A DNA stretch of 39,862 bases from contig SGZC01000001.1 in the NCBI GenBank assembly GCA_004213605.1, positions 1 to 39,862 on the forward strand, given 5' to 3'. The notes beneath the pieces were generated by a model. It did not search any database, was not told where the DNA came from, and saw only the letters and a program-made list of their open reading frames with translations. The number at the start of each line of letters is the position of its first letter. Positions within the stretch are counted from its first letter, which is position 1. Made by a program: the position numbers and the translations under genes. Of this stretch, positions 18,220-25,681 are shown piece after piece. This DNA comes from Flavobacteriales bacterium. Lineage in GTDB: Bacteria; Bacteroidota; Bacteroidia; Flavobacteriales; Flavobacteriaceae.

Positions 18220-19304
18220 CATCAAACGACATAACTAAAGGGATACTAAAAGCGATTGTTTATGTAATTGGCGCTTCATTATTGCTATTCTTTTTATTTA
18301 AGGTTCAGACTATTATCGTTTATATTTTAGTTGCGGCTATTATTTCATTAATAGGATTGCCCATCGTTAATTTTTTAAACAAAAAATTGAAGTTTAATGA
18401 TACTCTAGCCGTTATTTTAACTATAGTTGCCTTAATGGGTTTATTAACAAGCATTATTAGCTTATTTATTCCTTTAGTCACGGAACAAGGTCGTAATTTA
18501 TCGCTACTCAATATGACTGAATTACAAGCTAGTGTAGAAAGCCTAAATCAAAAAATAATTAATTACTTGTCGAATAAAAATATAGACTTAGGTCAATCCA
18601 TCACTAAAAACAAGTTGTTTTCAAAAGTTGATTATTCATTTATTCCCAATTTTTTAAATTCAATTATAAGTGGTTTTGGTAGTTTTAGTATTGCTTTGTT
18701 TTCCATTATTTTTATATCTTTTTTCCTATTAAAGGATAGCCAACTATTGCAACAAGGTGTATTGACCTTTGTTACAGATCGTAATGTTGACGGTACAAAA
18801 AGATCCATGCATAAAATAAAAAATCTTCTTTCAAGATACTTTGTTGGACTTATCCTGCAGCTAACCATCCTCTTTTTAATTTATACGGTAGTGCTTCTTA
18901 TTTTTGGAGTTAACAATGCTATTGTAATCGCATTTTTGTGTGCATTGTTGAATCTGATCCCTTATGTTGGTCCCGTTATTGGTCTTGGTTTAATGGTTCT
19001 GCTTACCATGACAAGCTTTATTGGTAGTGATTTTCAATCGGTAATTTTACCTAAGACACTCTATGTTCTCATTGGTTTTATGATTGGGCAGCTAGTCGAT
19101 AATTTTTTTAGCCAACCCCTTATTTTTTCAAAAAGCGTGAAATCGCATCCTCTCGAAATATTTTTGGTGATTATGATTGCCGGGGTTTTATTTGGAGTGG
19201 TAGGTTTAATTGTTGCGATACCTGTGTACACCTCTATAAAGGTTATTTTAAAAGAGTTTTTGTTGGATAATGAAATCGTTCAAAAGTTAACAAAAAATAT
19301 ATAG
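18216..19304 (+). CDS. AI-2E family transporter
   Basis: Multi-TM protein; LNLIPYVGP, QLVDN...PLIF, HPLEIF, G..G...AIP. Confidence 0.9.
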   Translation: MTSNDITKGILKAIVYVIGASLLLFFLFKVQTIIVYILVAAIISLIGLPIVNFLNKKLKFNDTLAVILTIVALMGLLTSIISLFIPLVTEQGRNLSLLNMTELQASVESLNQKIINYLSNKNIDLGQSITKNKLFSKVDYSFIPNFLNSIISGFGSFSIALFSIIFISFFLLKDSQLLQQGVLTFVTDRNVDGTKRSMHKIKNLLSRYFVGLILQLTILFLIYTVVLLIFGVNNAIVIAFLCALLNLIPYVGPVIGLGLMVLLTMTSFIGSDFQSVILPKTLYVLIGFMIGQLVDNFFSQPLIFSKSVKSHPLEIFLVIMIAGVLFGVVGLIVAIPVYTSIKVILKEFLLDNEIVQKLTKNI

Positions 19305-19311
19305 TATTTAT

Positions 19312-20478
19312 TTAAATAAGGATATATTATCTACTAAGGTTCAAGACTTTATATTTAGTTTTAATGAAGATATTTCAAAGCTTGCTTTTTCAGGGAGCCC
19401 CTTTTCAAAAATTAAAATCAAAGATTTGATCCAACAAATCGATAGTAGAAAAAAAGTGGAGCATAAATTGCCCTCTTGGTTTCAGAATAAAATGATTTTT
19501 TATCCGCCAAAATTAAACTTAGAACAAACTTCCTCAGAAATTACGGCTAAATACAAAGCATCAATTTTTAAAGGTACCACCATGGCAGACTTAACGGGTG
19601 GTTTTGGAGTGGATAGTTTTTATTTTTCCAAACAATTTAATGCCGTTACCCATTTTGAAAAAGATACCAACCTATCTACTATTGCTCAGCATAATTTTAA
19701 TCAACTAAACGTTGCCAATATTGAATGTATCGCCAAAGATGGATTGGATGGAATAACTAATCATTTTTATGATATGATGTATCTAGATCCTTCTCGACGC
19801 CATCGCTTAAAAGGAAAAGTTGTTCTTTTAAGCGACTGTGAACCCAATGTTCCAGAACAACTTAATCATCTTTTTAAACATACCCATCGCCTCCTTGTAA
19901 AAACTTCTCCAATGTTGGACATCAGCAAAGGAATGAAAGAACTTGATGGAGTGTCAGAAATTCATATTGTAGCCGTTAACAATGAAGTTAAAGAATTGTT
20001 GTGGTTGCTCAAAAAAGAGGGATCCACTACAACCGAAATAAAGACCATCAATGTTCGTAACAACGACACCCAGCATTTTAATTACTTTCTAGGTGAGGTT
20101 TCCACACCTCTTTTTTCGGCACCTAAAAAATACCTCTACGAGCCCAATGCTGCGGTGATGAAAAGCGGTGCGTTTGATATAATTTCAGACCGTTATTCAA
20201 TTCCTAAACTACATCAAAACAGCCATTTATATACGTCAACGAAATTGAAAGAGGTTCCGGGAAGACGTTTTCTAATTAAAGGTGTTTACAACTACAATAA
20301 AAGGAATTTAAAAGAGATAAAAACCTTAAAAAAAGCCAATATCACCACTCGAAATTTTCCAGAAAGTGTAGCCAACTTAAGAAAAAAATTAAATATTACC
20401 GATGGTGGAGAAACTTATCTGTTTTTTACTACCGATTTAAACAATAATAAAATTGTGATCGATACCACAAAAGCTTGA
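19312..20478 (+). CDS. Class I SAM-dependent methyltransferase with THUMP-like C-terminal domain (start uncertain; ORF track uses TTG 19426)
   Basis: EQTSSE..A.YK, ADLTGGFGVD, YLDPSRR, KTSPMLD, YLYEPNAA. The frame is open upstream to a TAA at 19288-19290. Confidence 0.82.
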   Translation, partial: LNKDILSTKVQDFIFSFNEDISKLAFSGSPFSKIKIKDLIQQIDSRKKVEHKLPSWFQNKMIFYPPKLNLEQTSSEITAKYKASIFKGTTMADLTGGFGVDSFYFSKQFNAVTHFEKDTNLSTIAQHNFNQLNVANIECIAKDGLDGITNHFYDMMYLDPSRRHRLKGKVVLLSDCEPNVPEQLNHLFKHTHRLLVKTSPMLDISKGMKELDGVSEIHIVAVNNEVKELLWLLKKEGSTTTEIKTINVRNNDTQHFNYFLGEVSTPLFSAPKKYLYEPNAAVMKSGAFDIISDRYSIPKLHQNSHLYTSTKLKEVPGRRFLIKGVYNYNKRNLKEIKTLKKANITTRNFPESVANLRKKLNITDGGETYLFFTTDLNNNKIVIDTTKA

Positions 20479-20521
20479 AAATAAACTTCCTATAAAATTT
20501 AAAAAAAAAGCACCCTTTTTG

Positions 20522-20553
20522 TTTGCGTTATTACAAATGTTAAAGTAGATTTG
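20522..20553 (+). promoter_or_regulatory. Consensus Bacteroidota housekeeping promoter for tRNA-Ser/tRNA-Pro
   Basis: TTTG (20522-20525), a 20-nt spacer, then TAGATTTG (20546-20553). Confidence 0.75.
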
Positions 20554-20588
20554 CATCCGCAATTTAAGATGATTTTTCATTGAAAATT

Positions 20589-20675
20589 GGAGAGGTGCCA
20601 GAGCGGTCGATTGGGGCTCCCTGCTAAGGAGTTGTACTCTAACGGGTACCGGGGGTTCGAATCCCTTCCTCTCCG
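20589..20675 (+). tRNA. tRNA-Ser(GCT)
   Basis: Acceptor stem GGAGAGG/CCTCTCC, anticodon arm CTCC-CTGCTAA-GGAG, long variable arm, GGTTCGAATCC. CCA not encoded. Confidence 0.96.
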
Positions 20676-20713
20676 CATCATTTAAATAGAATTAAATTTC
20701 TAGATAACCTATT

Positions 20714-20791
20714 CGGGGTGTAGCGTAGCCCGGTTATCGCGCCACGTTTGGGACGTGGAGGCCGCAGGTTCGAATCCTGCCACCCCGACCA
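20714..20791 (+). tRNA. tRNA-Pro(TGG)
   Basis: Acceptor stem CGGGGTG/CACCCCG, anticodon arm CCACG-TTTGGGA-CGTGG, GGTTCGAATCC, 3' ACCA. Confidence 0.96.
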
Positions 20792-20822
20792 AAAAGCCTA
20801 ACTAAATTAGTTAGGCTTTTTT
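20791..20822 (+). terminator. Intrinsic terminator after tRNA-Pro
   Basis: AAAAAGCCTAACTAA-A-TTAGTTAGGCTTTTT perfect inverted repeat ending in a T tract. Confidence 0.85.
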
Positions 20823-20917
20823 ATTTTTACTTTTTTACCATTGTGATTTTATAATCTACTATTTTCGGTAATCATAATTAAATTGTTATTTTTAATTGCT
20901 GTAATAAACCTTATGCT

Positions 20918-21808
20918 ATGAAATTCATTTGTAAATTTTTTTTAATCCTATTCTTATTTTTAAATTTTGAGGCATTCGTTTATGCTCAGGAGGATACAGT
21001 AGTTAAAGATACAGACTCTTTAACTACCAATAGCCAGCTTCAACATGCTTTGCTTAAAGATCGTTACGTTTTTAAAGTAGGTGCTTACAGTTCTAATAAA
21101 GGAATAAAGGTTTTGGTTAATGGATCTTCAGAAAATGAAATTATTGACTTTAGCGAAAAGGCCAATTTTAATGACAATGAATTAACCTTATTTTTAAATT
21201 TTAATTGGAGATTTTCTCGAAAGTGGACTTTGAGCGTCGACTATTTTGCGGTAGGGAACGGTATTAGTAAAACTATTGATGAAGAAATTGAATGGAATGA
21301 CCAACTTTATAATGGTGGAGCAGGGATCGAATTAGGGCTAGACCTAGCCACCTATCGTCTTTTGTTTGGAAGAACAATTACTAAGGGTTTAAAACATGAA
21401 TTGAGTGTTGGTATTGGAGCCCATGTCTTGGATTTAAAAACCTACATTCAAGGGTATGCCTATATTAATAATGATGATACAGGAGAAAACGCTAGTACCG
21501 ATTTTCAGCGAAGTTCGGTGAGTGTGGTAGCTCCATTGCCCAACTTTGGTGCTTGGTATTTTTATGCACCGCATCCCAAATGGATGATCACCACCAGTGT
21601 TGATTGGTTTGCTTTAAGTATAGGTGAGTATTCTGGAGGTTTATGGGGCTTAGGAGCCGGTCTTAATTACCAGTTTCATAAAAACGTAGGGGTAACATTT
21701 AATTACCGTTATTTTGATTTTACTGCAAAGATTGATAAGTCCAATTGGGATGGTAAATTTAGTTTAATATTTCAAGGTCCTTTGCTAAGTATTAACGTAA
21801 ATATTTAA
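20918..21808 (+). CDS. Putative outer-membrane beta-barrel protein
   Basis: Signal peptide ending VYA-QE; alternating aromatic strands (FNWRF, AGLNYQF, FNYRYF). Confidence 0.65.
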   Translation: MKFICKFFLILFLFLNFEAFVYAQEDTVVKDTDSLTTNSQLQHALLKDRYVFKVGAYSSNKGIKVLVNGSSENEIIDFSEKANFNDNELTLFLNFNWRFSRKWTLSVDYFAVGNGISKTIDEEIEWNDQLYNGGAGIELGLDLATYRLLFGRTITKGLKHELSVGIGAHVLDLKTYIQGYAYINNDDTGENASTDFQRSSVSVVAPLPNFGAWYFYAPHPKWMITTSVDWFALSIGEYSGGLWGLGAGLNYQFHKNVGVTFNYRYFDFTAKIDKSNWDGKFSLIFQGPLLSINVNI

Positions 21809-21882
21809 TTTAAAAAACAATCCTTTTTTAATATAATTTGTATATTCGCAGCCGCAAAAGAAACCATTTTGTAAACAAAAAT

Positions 21883-21956
21883 GGGCTCGTAGCTCAGCTG
21901 GATAGAGCACCTCCCTTCTAAGGAGGCGGTCATAGGTTCGAATCCTATCGGGCTCA
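21883..21956 (+). tRNA. tRNA-Arg(TCT)
   Basis: Acceptor stem GGGCTCG/CGGGCTC, anticodon arm CCTCC-CTTCTAA-GGAGG, GGTTCGAATCC. Upstream -7-like TATATTCG at 21841. Confidence 0.95.
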
Positions 21957-21960
21957 CATC

Positions 21961-21990
21961 AACCCTTCGTATCGCTACGAGGGGTTTTTG
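21961..21990 (+). terminator. Intrinsic terminator after tRNA-Arg
   Basis: AACCCTTCGTA-TCGC-TACGAGGGGTT followed by TTT. Confidence 0.8.
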
Positions 21991-22005
21991 CTTATTAGCC
22001 CCTAC

Positions 22006-22021
22006 TCCTATTGGGCTCGCA
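22006..22021 (+). repeat. Degenerate direct repeat of the tRNA-Arg 3' end
   Basis: TCCTATTGGGCTCGCA versus TCCTATCGGGCTCACA (21943-21958): 14 of 16 identical. Confidence 0.6.
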
Positions 22022-22289
22022 AAGAACCTACATAATTTCAAATAGTTATGTTACACAAATTTAATGAAATTATTTATAGAATAATTTATATTAATTACTA
22101 ATAATTAAGTCTTTTTAGAGCTTATTTGGCAACTTTTTGGCAATAATTAATGTGCTTATAGAAAGTTAATTATCGTTACGTGTAAGTCTTTGAGGACTTC
22201 CACTTCACTAACATATAATTTAAAAATTTAGAGACTTAAAATATCAAAAAACAATAATTATAAATAATTTATGTAGATTTAGAATCTAA

Positions 22290-23021
22290 ATGGGTGCAAA
22301 AGAAAAATTAAGACTTGTTATCGAAGACAATACTAGCCTAAATGGAAAAGTATTTGACTATTTTATTCAAACACTAATACTTTTATCTTTAATAGGTTTT
22401 ACATTTGAAACATTCCCTGACATTTCAAAGTTTACAATTGAGGCACTTGAAACATTTGAATTAGTATGTGTAATTATATTTACAGTAGAATACTTGTTAA
22501 GGGTTTTCGTCTCTAAAAATCCATTAAAATATATTTTCAGTTTTTACGGTATTATTGACCTATTAGCTATATTCCCTTTTTATATTGGAAGTATTTATGA
22601 CCTAAGAGCTTTGAGGGCTTTTAGAGTATTTAGAATATTCAGAGCTTTAAAATTAATTCGCTATAATAAAGCATTAAACCGATTCCATATAGCTGCAAAA
22701 ATACTTAAAGAAGAAATGGTTTTATTTTTAATTATGACTTGCATTTTTATTTTTATTGCTTCAGCAGGAATTTATTTTTTTGAAAATGAAGCTCAACCTG
22801 ATGTCTTTAGCTCAGTTATTCATAGTGGATGGTGGGCTATAGTTACTCTTACAACTGTTGGTTATGGTGATGTTTATCCAATTACTATCGGAGGGAAAAT
22901 ATTTACTACTTTTATTGTATTAATTGGAGTTGGTGTTGTTACTATTCCTGCGGGTATAATTGCAAGCGCTCTTTCAAAGGCAAGAGAAATTCAAAAAAAT
23001 AATAATGAAAAAAATATTTAA
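22290..23021 (+). CDS. Voltage-gated-type potassium channel (6TM ion transporter)
   Basis: S4-like LRALRAFRVFRIFRALKLIR and selectivity filter TTVGYGD. Confidence 0.92.
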   Translation: MGAKEKLRLVIEDNTSLNGKVFDYFIQTLILLSLIGFTFETFPDISKFTIEALETFELVCVIIFTVEYLLRVFVSKNPLKYIFSFYGIIDLLAIFPFYIGSIYDLRALRAFRVFRIFRALKLIRYNKALNRFHIAAKILKEEMVLFLIMTCIFIFIASAGIYFFENEAQPDVFSSVIHSGWWAIVTLTTVGYGDVYPITIGGKIFTTFIVLIGVGVVTIPAGIIASALSKAREIQKNNNEKNI

Positions 23022-23207
23022 TCAAATTGTTACCTCAGTTAAATAACTTCAACTATTCACCATTATAAAGATAAATATTAGGGTGTCTTTAAAGTGAGTG
23101 AAGCTATTACAAGCGTAACGAACCTAAGACATCTAATAAAGAATTATAAATAAAATAAATCTATGTGTTTTTTTATATGGATTAATTTATTTTAGTAAGA
23201 ATTATTT

Positions 23208-23215
23208 TATATTTG
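23208..23215 (+). promoter_or_regulatory. -7 promoter box upstream of the small ORF
   Basis: TATATTTG ending 20 nt before ATG 23236. Confidence 0.55.
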
Positions 23216-23235
23216 AAAATAAAAAAAATACAATT

Positions 23236-23316
23236 ATGGGAGTTGGTGGAATTTTAGTTTGGACAATAGGTTTTTTAGTACTAATGGCGATCGCTATTGT
23301 TGTAAAAGAACATTAA
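23236..23316 (+). CDS. Putative 26-aa single-pass membrane microprotein
   Basis: MGVGGILVWTIGFLVLMAIAIVVKEH*; A-rich leader with A at -3, -6, -12 and -13; own -7 box; below the ORF-track length cutoff. Confidence 0.6.
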   Translation: MGVGGILVWTIGFLVLMAIAIVVKEH

Positions 23317-23343
23317 AAAATCATATTTTACTTTTTAAGTCAT

Positions 23344-23661
23344 CTATTTTATAGCTGAATTATGATTCGTTAATACCGCCTCGACTATTTCATTTATCTT
23401 TACCGCTAATTCAAAATCTTTCTCGGTTACCCCCCCTGCATCGTGGGTTGTAAGACTTATATTTAAAACATTATAAACATTGGACCAATTGGGATGATGT
23501 TTTATTTTTTCTGCGACAAAAGCTATTTGTTTCATTACAAAAAAAGTATCTTTGAAATTATTGAATTTGAAACTAGCATGAATTGCATTATTTTGATAAG
23601 TCCAATAACTTAATATTTTAATTTTTTCTGTTATTTCTAATTCTGTAAGTATTTTTAACAT
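23344..23661 (-). CDS. phhB: Pterin-4-alpha-carbinolamine dehydratase
   Basis: F.F.NF, AE...HHP.W.NVYN, L.THDAGGVTEKDF.LA. Confidence 0.9.
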   Translation of the reverse strand: MLKILTELEITEKIKILSYWTYQNNAIHASFKFNNFKDTFFVMKQIAFVAEKIKHHPNWSNVYNVLNISLTTHDAGGVTEKDFELAVKINEIVEAVLTNHNSAIK

Positions 23662-23713
23662 AGTTTAATTTAAGATTACTAAATATAACAAATTACATTT
23701 TAATTATCTCCTT

Positions 23714-24499
23714 ATGAAAAAGTATATCATCTCTTTATTTTTTATTTTAGTTACCTATAATCTCCAATCTCAGGTCCTAATTGCCTTGTTACTAGGCGAT
23801 AAATTAAATAGTGGGAAAATTGAATTTGGATTGGATGGAGGTTTTAATTTTTCAACTATTTCTAGTTTAGAGAGTGATCATTGGAAAAATGATTTTAATC
23901 TAGGTTTTTATTTTGATATCAAAATGAAAGACCAATGGTACTTTAATACGGGAGTTTTAGTAAAATCATCTTTGGGTGCCGATCAGTTAACCTCCTCAGA
24001 TCTAGAACAATTAGGGGTCGATTTTTCGTATTTAAACACCGATAAGGGTGATTTTACTCAAAAAATTAGTTACTTTCTGGTCCCAGCCTTAGCAAAATAT
24101 CGATTTGACAATCAATTATATCTTGAAGGAGGTCCACAATTTGGACTTATGTATAAAGCTTTTGTGGAATACAATTACGATATCGATGGAAATTCAGCAC
24201 GAGTTAGAGAAGATAATAAAGAGGTTGTAAATATTATGGAGGTTGGAGCAGTAGCAGGAATCGGGTATCGATTGTTGAAAGGTTTGGGATGGACCATTGG
24301 AGTTCGATACCATTATGGTTTTACCAATGTTTATAAAAATAACTCCAGTGCTAAAAATAGCTCGTTGTTTTTAAAAGTCAATATTCCAATTGGAGTTTCA
24401 GAGGACAAAAAAGCAGCAATTGATAGCGTTAAAGATGCCAATAGAGAAGAAAAAATGAAAAAGAAAGAAGCTCGTAAGTCCAAAAAAAATACTCAATAA
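23714..24499 (+). CDS. Porin-family / outer-membrane beta-barrel protein
   Basis: Signal peptide; FG..GG.NFS, Y..VP.LAKY, GGPQFG, GVRYHYG. Confidence 0.75.
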   Translation: MKKYIISLFFILVTYNLQSQVLIALLLGDKLNSGKIEFGLDGGFNFSTISSLESDHWKNDFNLGFYFDIKMKDQWYFNTGVLVKSSLGADQLTSSDLEQLGVDFSYLNTDKGDFTQKISYFLVPALAKYRFDNQLYLEGGPQFGLMYKAFVEYNYDIDGNSARVREDNKEVVNIMEVGAVAGIGYRLLKGLGWTIGVRYHYGFTNVYKNNSSAKNSSLFLKVNIPIGVSEDKKAAIDSVKDANREEKMKKKEARKSKKNTQ

Positions 24500-24570
24500 A
24501 AACCAAAATTATAACGTAGAACTACTAATCACTAGTACATTGTAGGCAATGTTTAATATTTTATTTTAAG

Positions 24571-25644
24571 TTGTTGAATCAAAAATGTAGCATATTTCTT
24601 TTATTATTTCCGTTGTTTATTTTTTCTCAAGAGAATTTAATAATCCAGGATAGTACCTCTAATAACTCCAATTTTATACAAGATTTTTCCAATCAATTAA
24701 ATATTAAATTCGATGTGACTAATGACCGTGTTAGTTATTTTATTCCCTTAGAAGAAAGTCAAGCTGAAGTTAGATCAAATTTGAATATTAGTTACGGTTT
24801 GGTGTTTAGTTATAAATTTCTTTCTGTAAGATTGGGTTTTAGACCAAAATTATCAGAAGCTGAACTCGATAATAAAGGAAAAACAGACCGTTTCAGACTT
24901 CGCATTAAATTTTTACTTGATAATTGGATTCATAGGTTGGAATACAATTATACGCGTGGATTTTATATCGAAAACACAAATGAATTTGAAAATGAAATAA
25001 CTAATTCAAATTTTAAAGTTCAATTTCCCTATTTAAGAACTAATATTCTTTCTGGCTCCAGCAATTATAAGTTCAATAACAACTATTCTATGAAAGCAAT
25101 AGAATCAAATACAGAAGTGCAATTAAAAAGTACCGGGACCTTTTTAGCAGGTTTTAATTATGCATTTTACTTTGTTAATGGAACAGAGAAAATAAAATTA
25201 GAAAACCAAGAACTAGTTCAAAGAGCTTCCTACAATGAGTTTTCAGGATTTAGTCCTGTTTTTTTTATAGGGTATCGTTATACCTTTGTTTTTCATAAGT
25301 ATTGGTATACCAACGTATATGTTGATCCTGGTGTGGGTATTGATTTTTATCAAAACAACTATTACAATCAGACGGGAAGCTACGATGAAATTAAGACCAA
25401 TGTTTTTTTTCAAGTTAAATCTGGAATTTCTACAGGTTATAACGGGCGTAAAATTTACTTTGGTGGCGCCTACAAATATAATTTTAATTCCGATAAAGTT
25501 GAAAATAATACTTTGGGATTACAACCCATAAAAAATAGTTTTCATTTATTTTTTGGTTACCGATTTAAAGCACCTAAACAAGTAACTAAACCTATAGAAT
25601 ATATTGAAAAGAAAGTGCCAGTATTAAAGCAAAATAACAATTAA
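24571..25644 (+). CDS. DUF4421-like outer-membrane protein
   Basis: Signal peptide (IFS-QE); FSYKFL, RGFY, Q.KS.G, GYNG, FFGYRF. Confidence 0.6.
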   Translation: MLNQKCSIFLLLFPLFIFSQENLIIQDSTSNNSNFIQDFSNQLNIKFDVTNDRVSYFIPLEESQAEVRSNLNISYGLVFSYKFLSVRLGFRPKLSEAELDNKGKTDRFRLRIKFLLDNWIHRLEYNYTRGFYIENTNEFENEITNSNFKVQFPYLRTNILSGSSNYKFNNNYSMKAIESNTEVQLKSTGTFLAGFNYAFYFVNGTEKIKLENQELVQRASYNEFSGFSPVFFIGYRYTFVFHKYWYTNVYVDPGVGIDFYQNNYYNQTGSYDEIKTNVFFQVKSGISTGYNGRKIYFGGAYKYNFNSDKVENNTLGLQPIKNSFHLFFGYRFKAPKQVTKPIEYIEKKVPVLKQNNN

Positions 25645-25681
25645 ACCAGCCTAAAAGTTAAAAAAATCTGTGGAGAAGTCT

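Noticed and set aside
21805-22041. 78-aa minus-strand ORF
   Set aside because: It is the antisense reading of tRNA-Arg and its terminator.
22048-22101. 17-codon ORF downstream of tRNA-Arg
   Set aside because: Low-complexity AT-rich sequence with no promoter or compositional support.
20589-25644. Possible intact genomic island or prophage at the tRNA cluster
   Set aside because: No integrase, transposase or phage gene, and I saw no distal att repeat.
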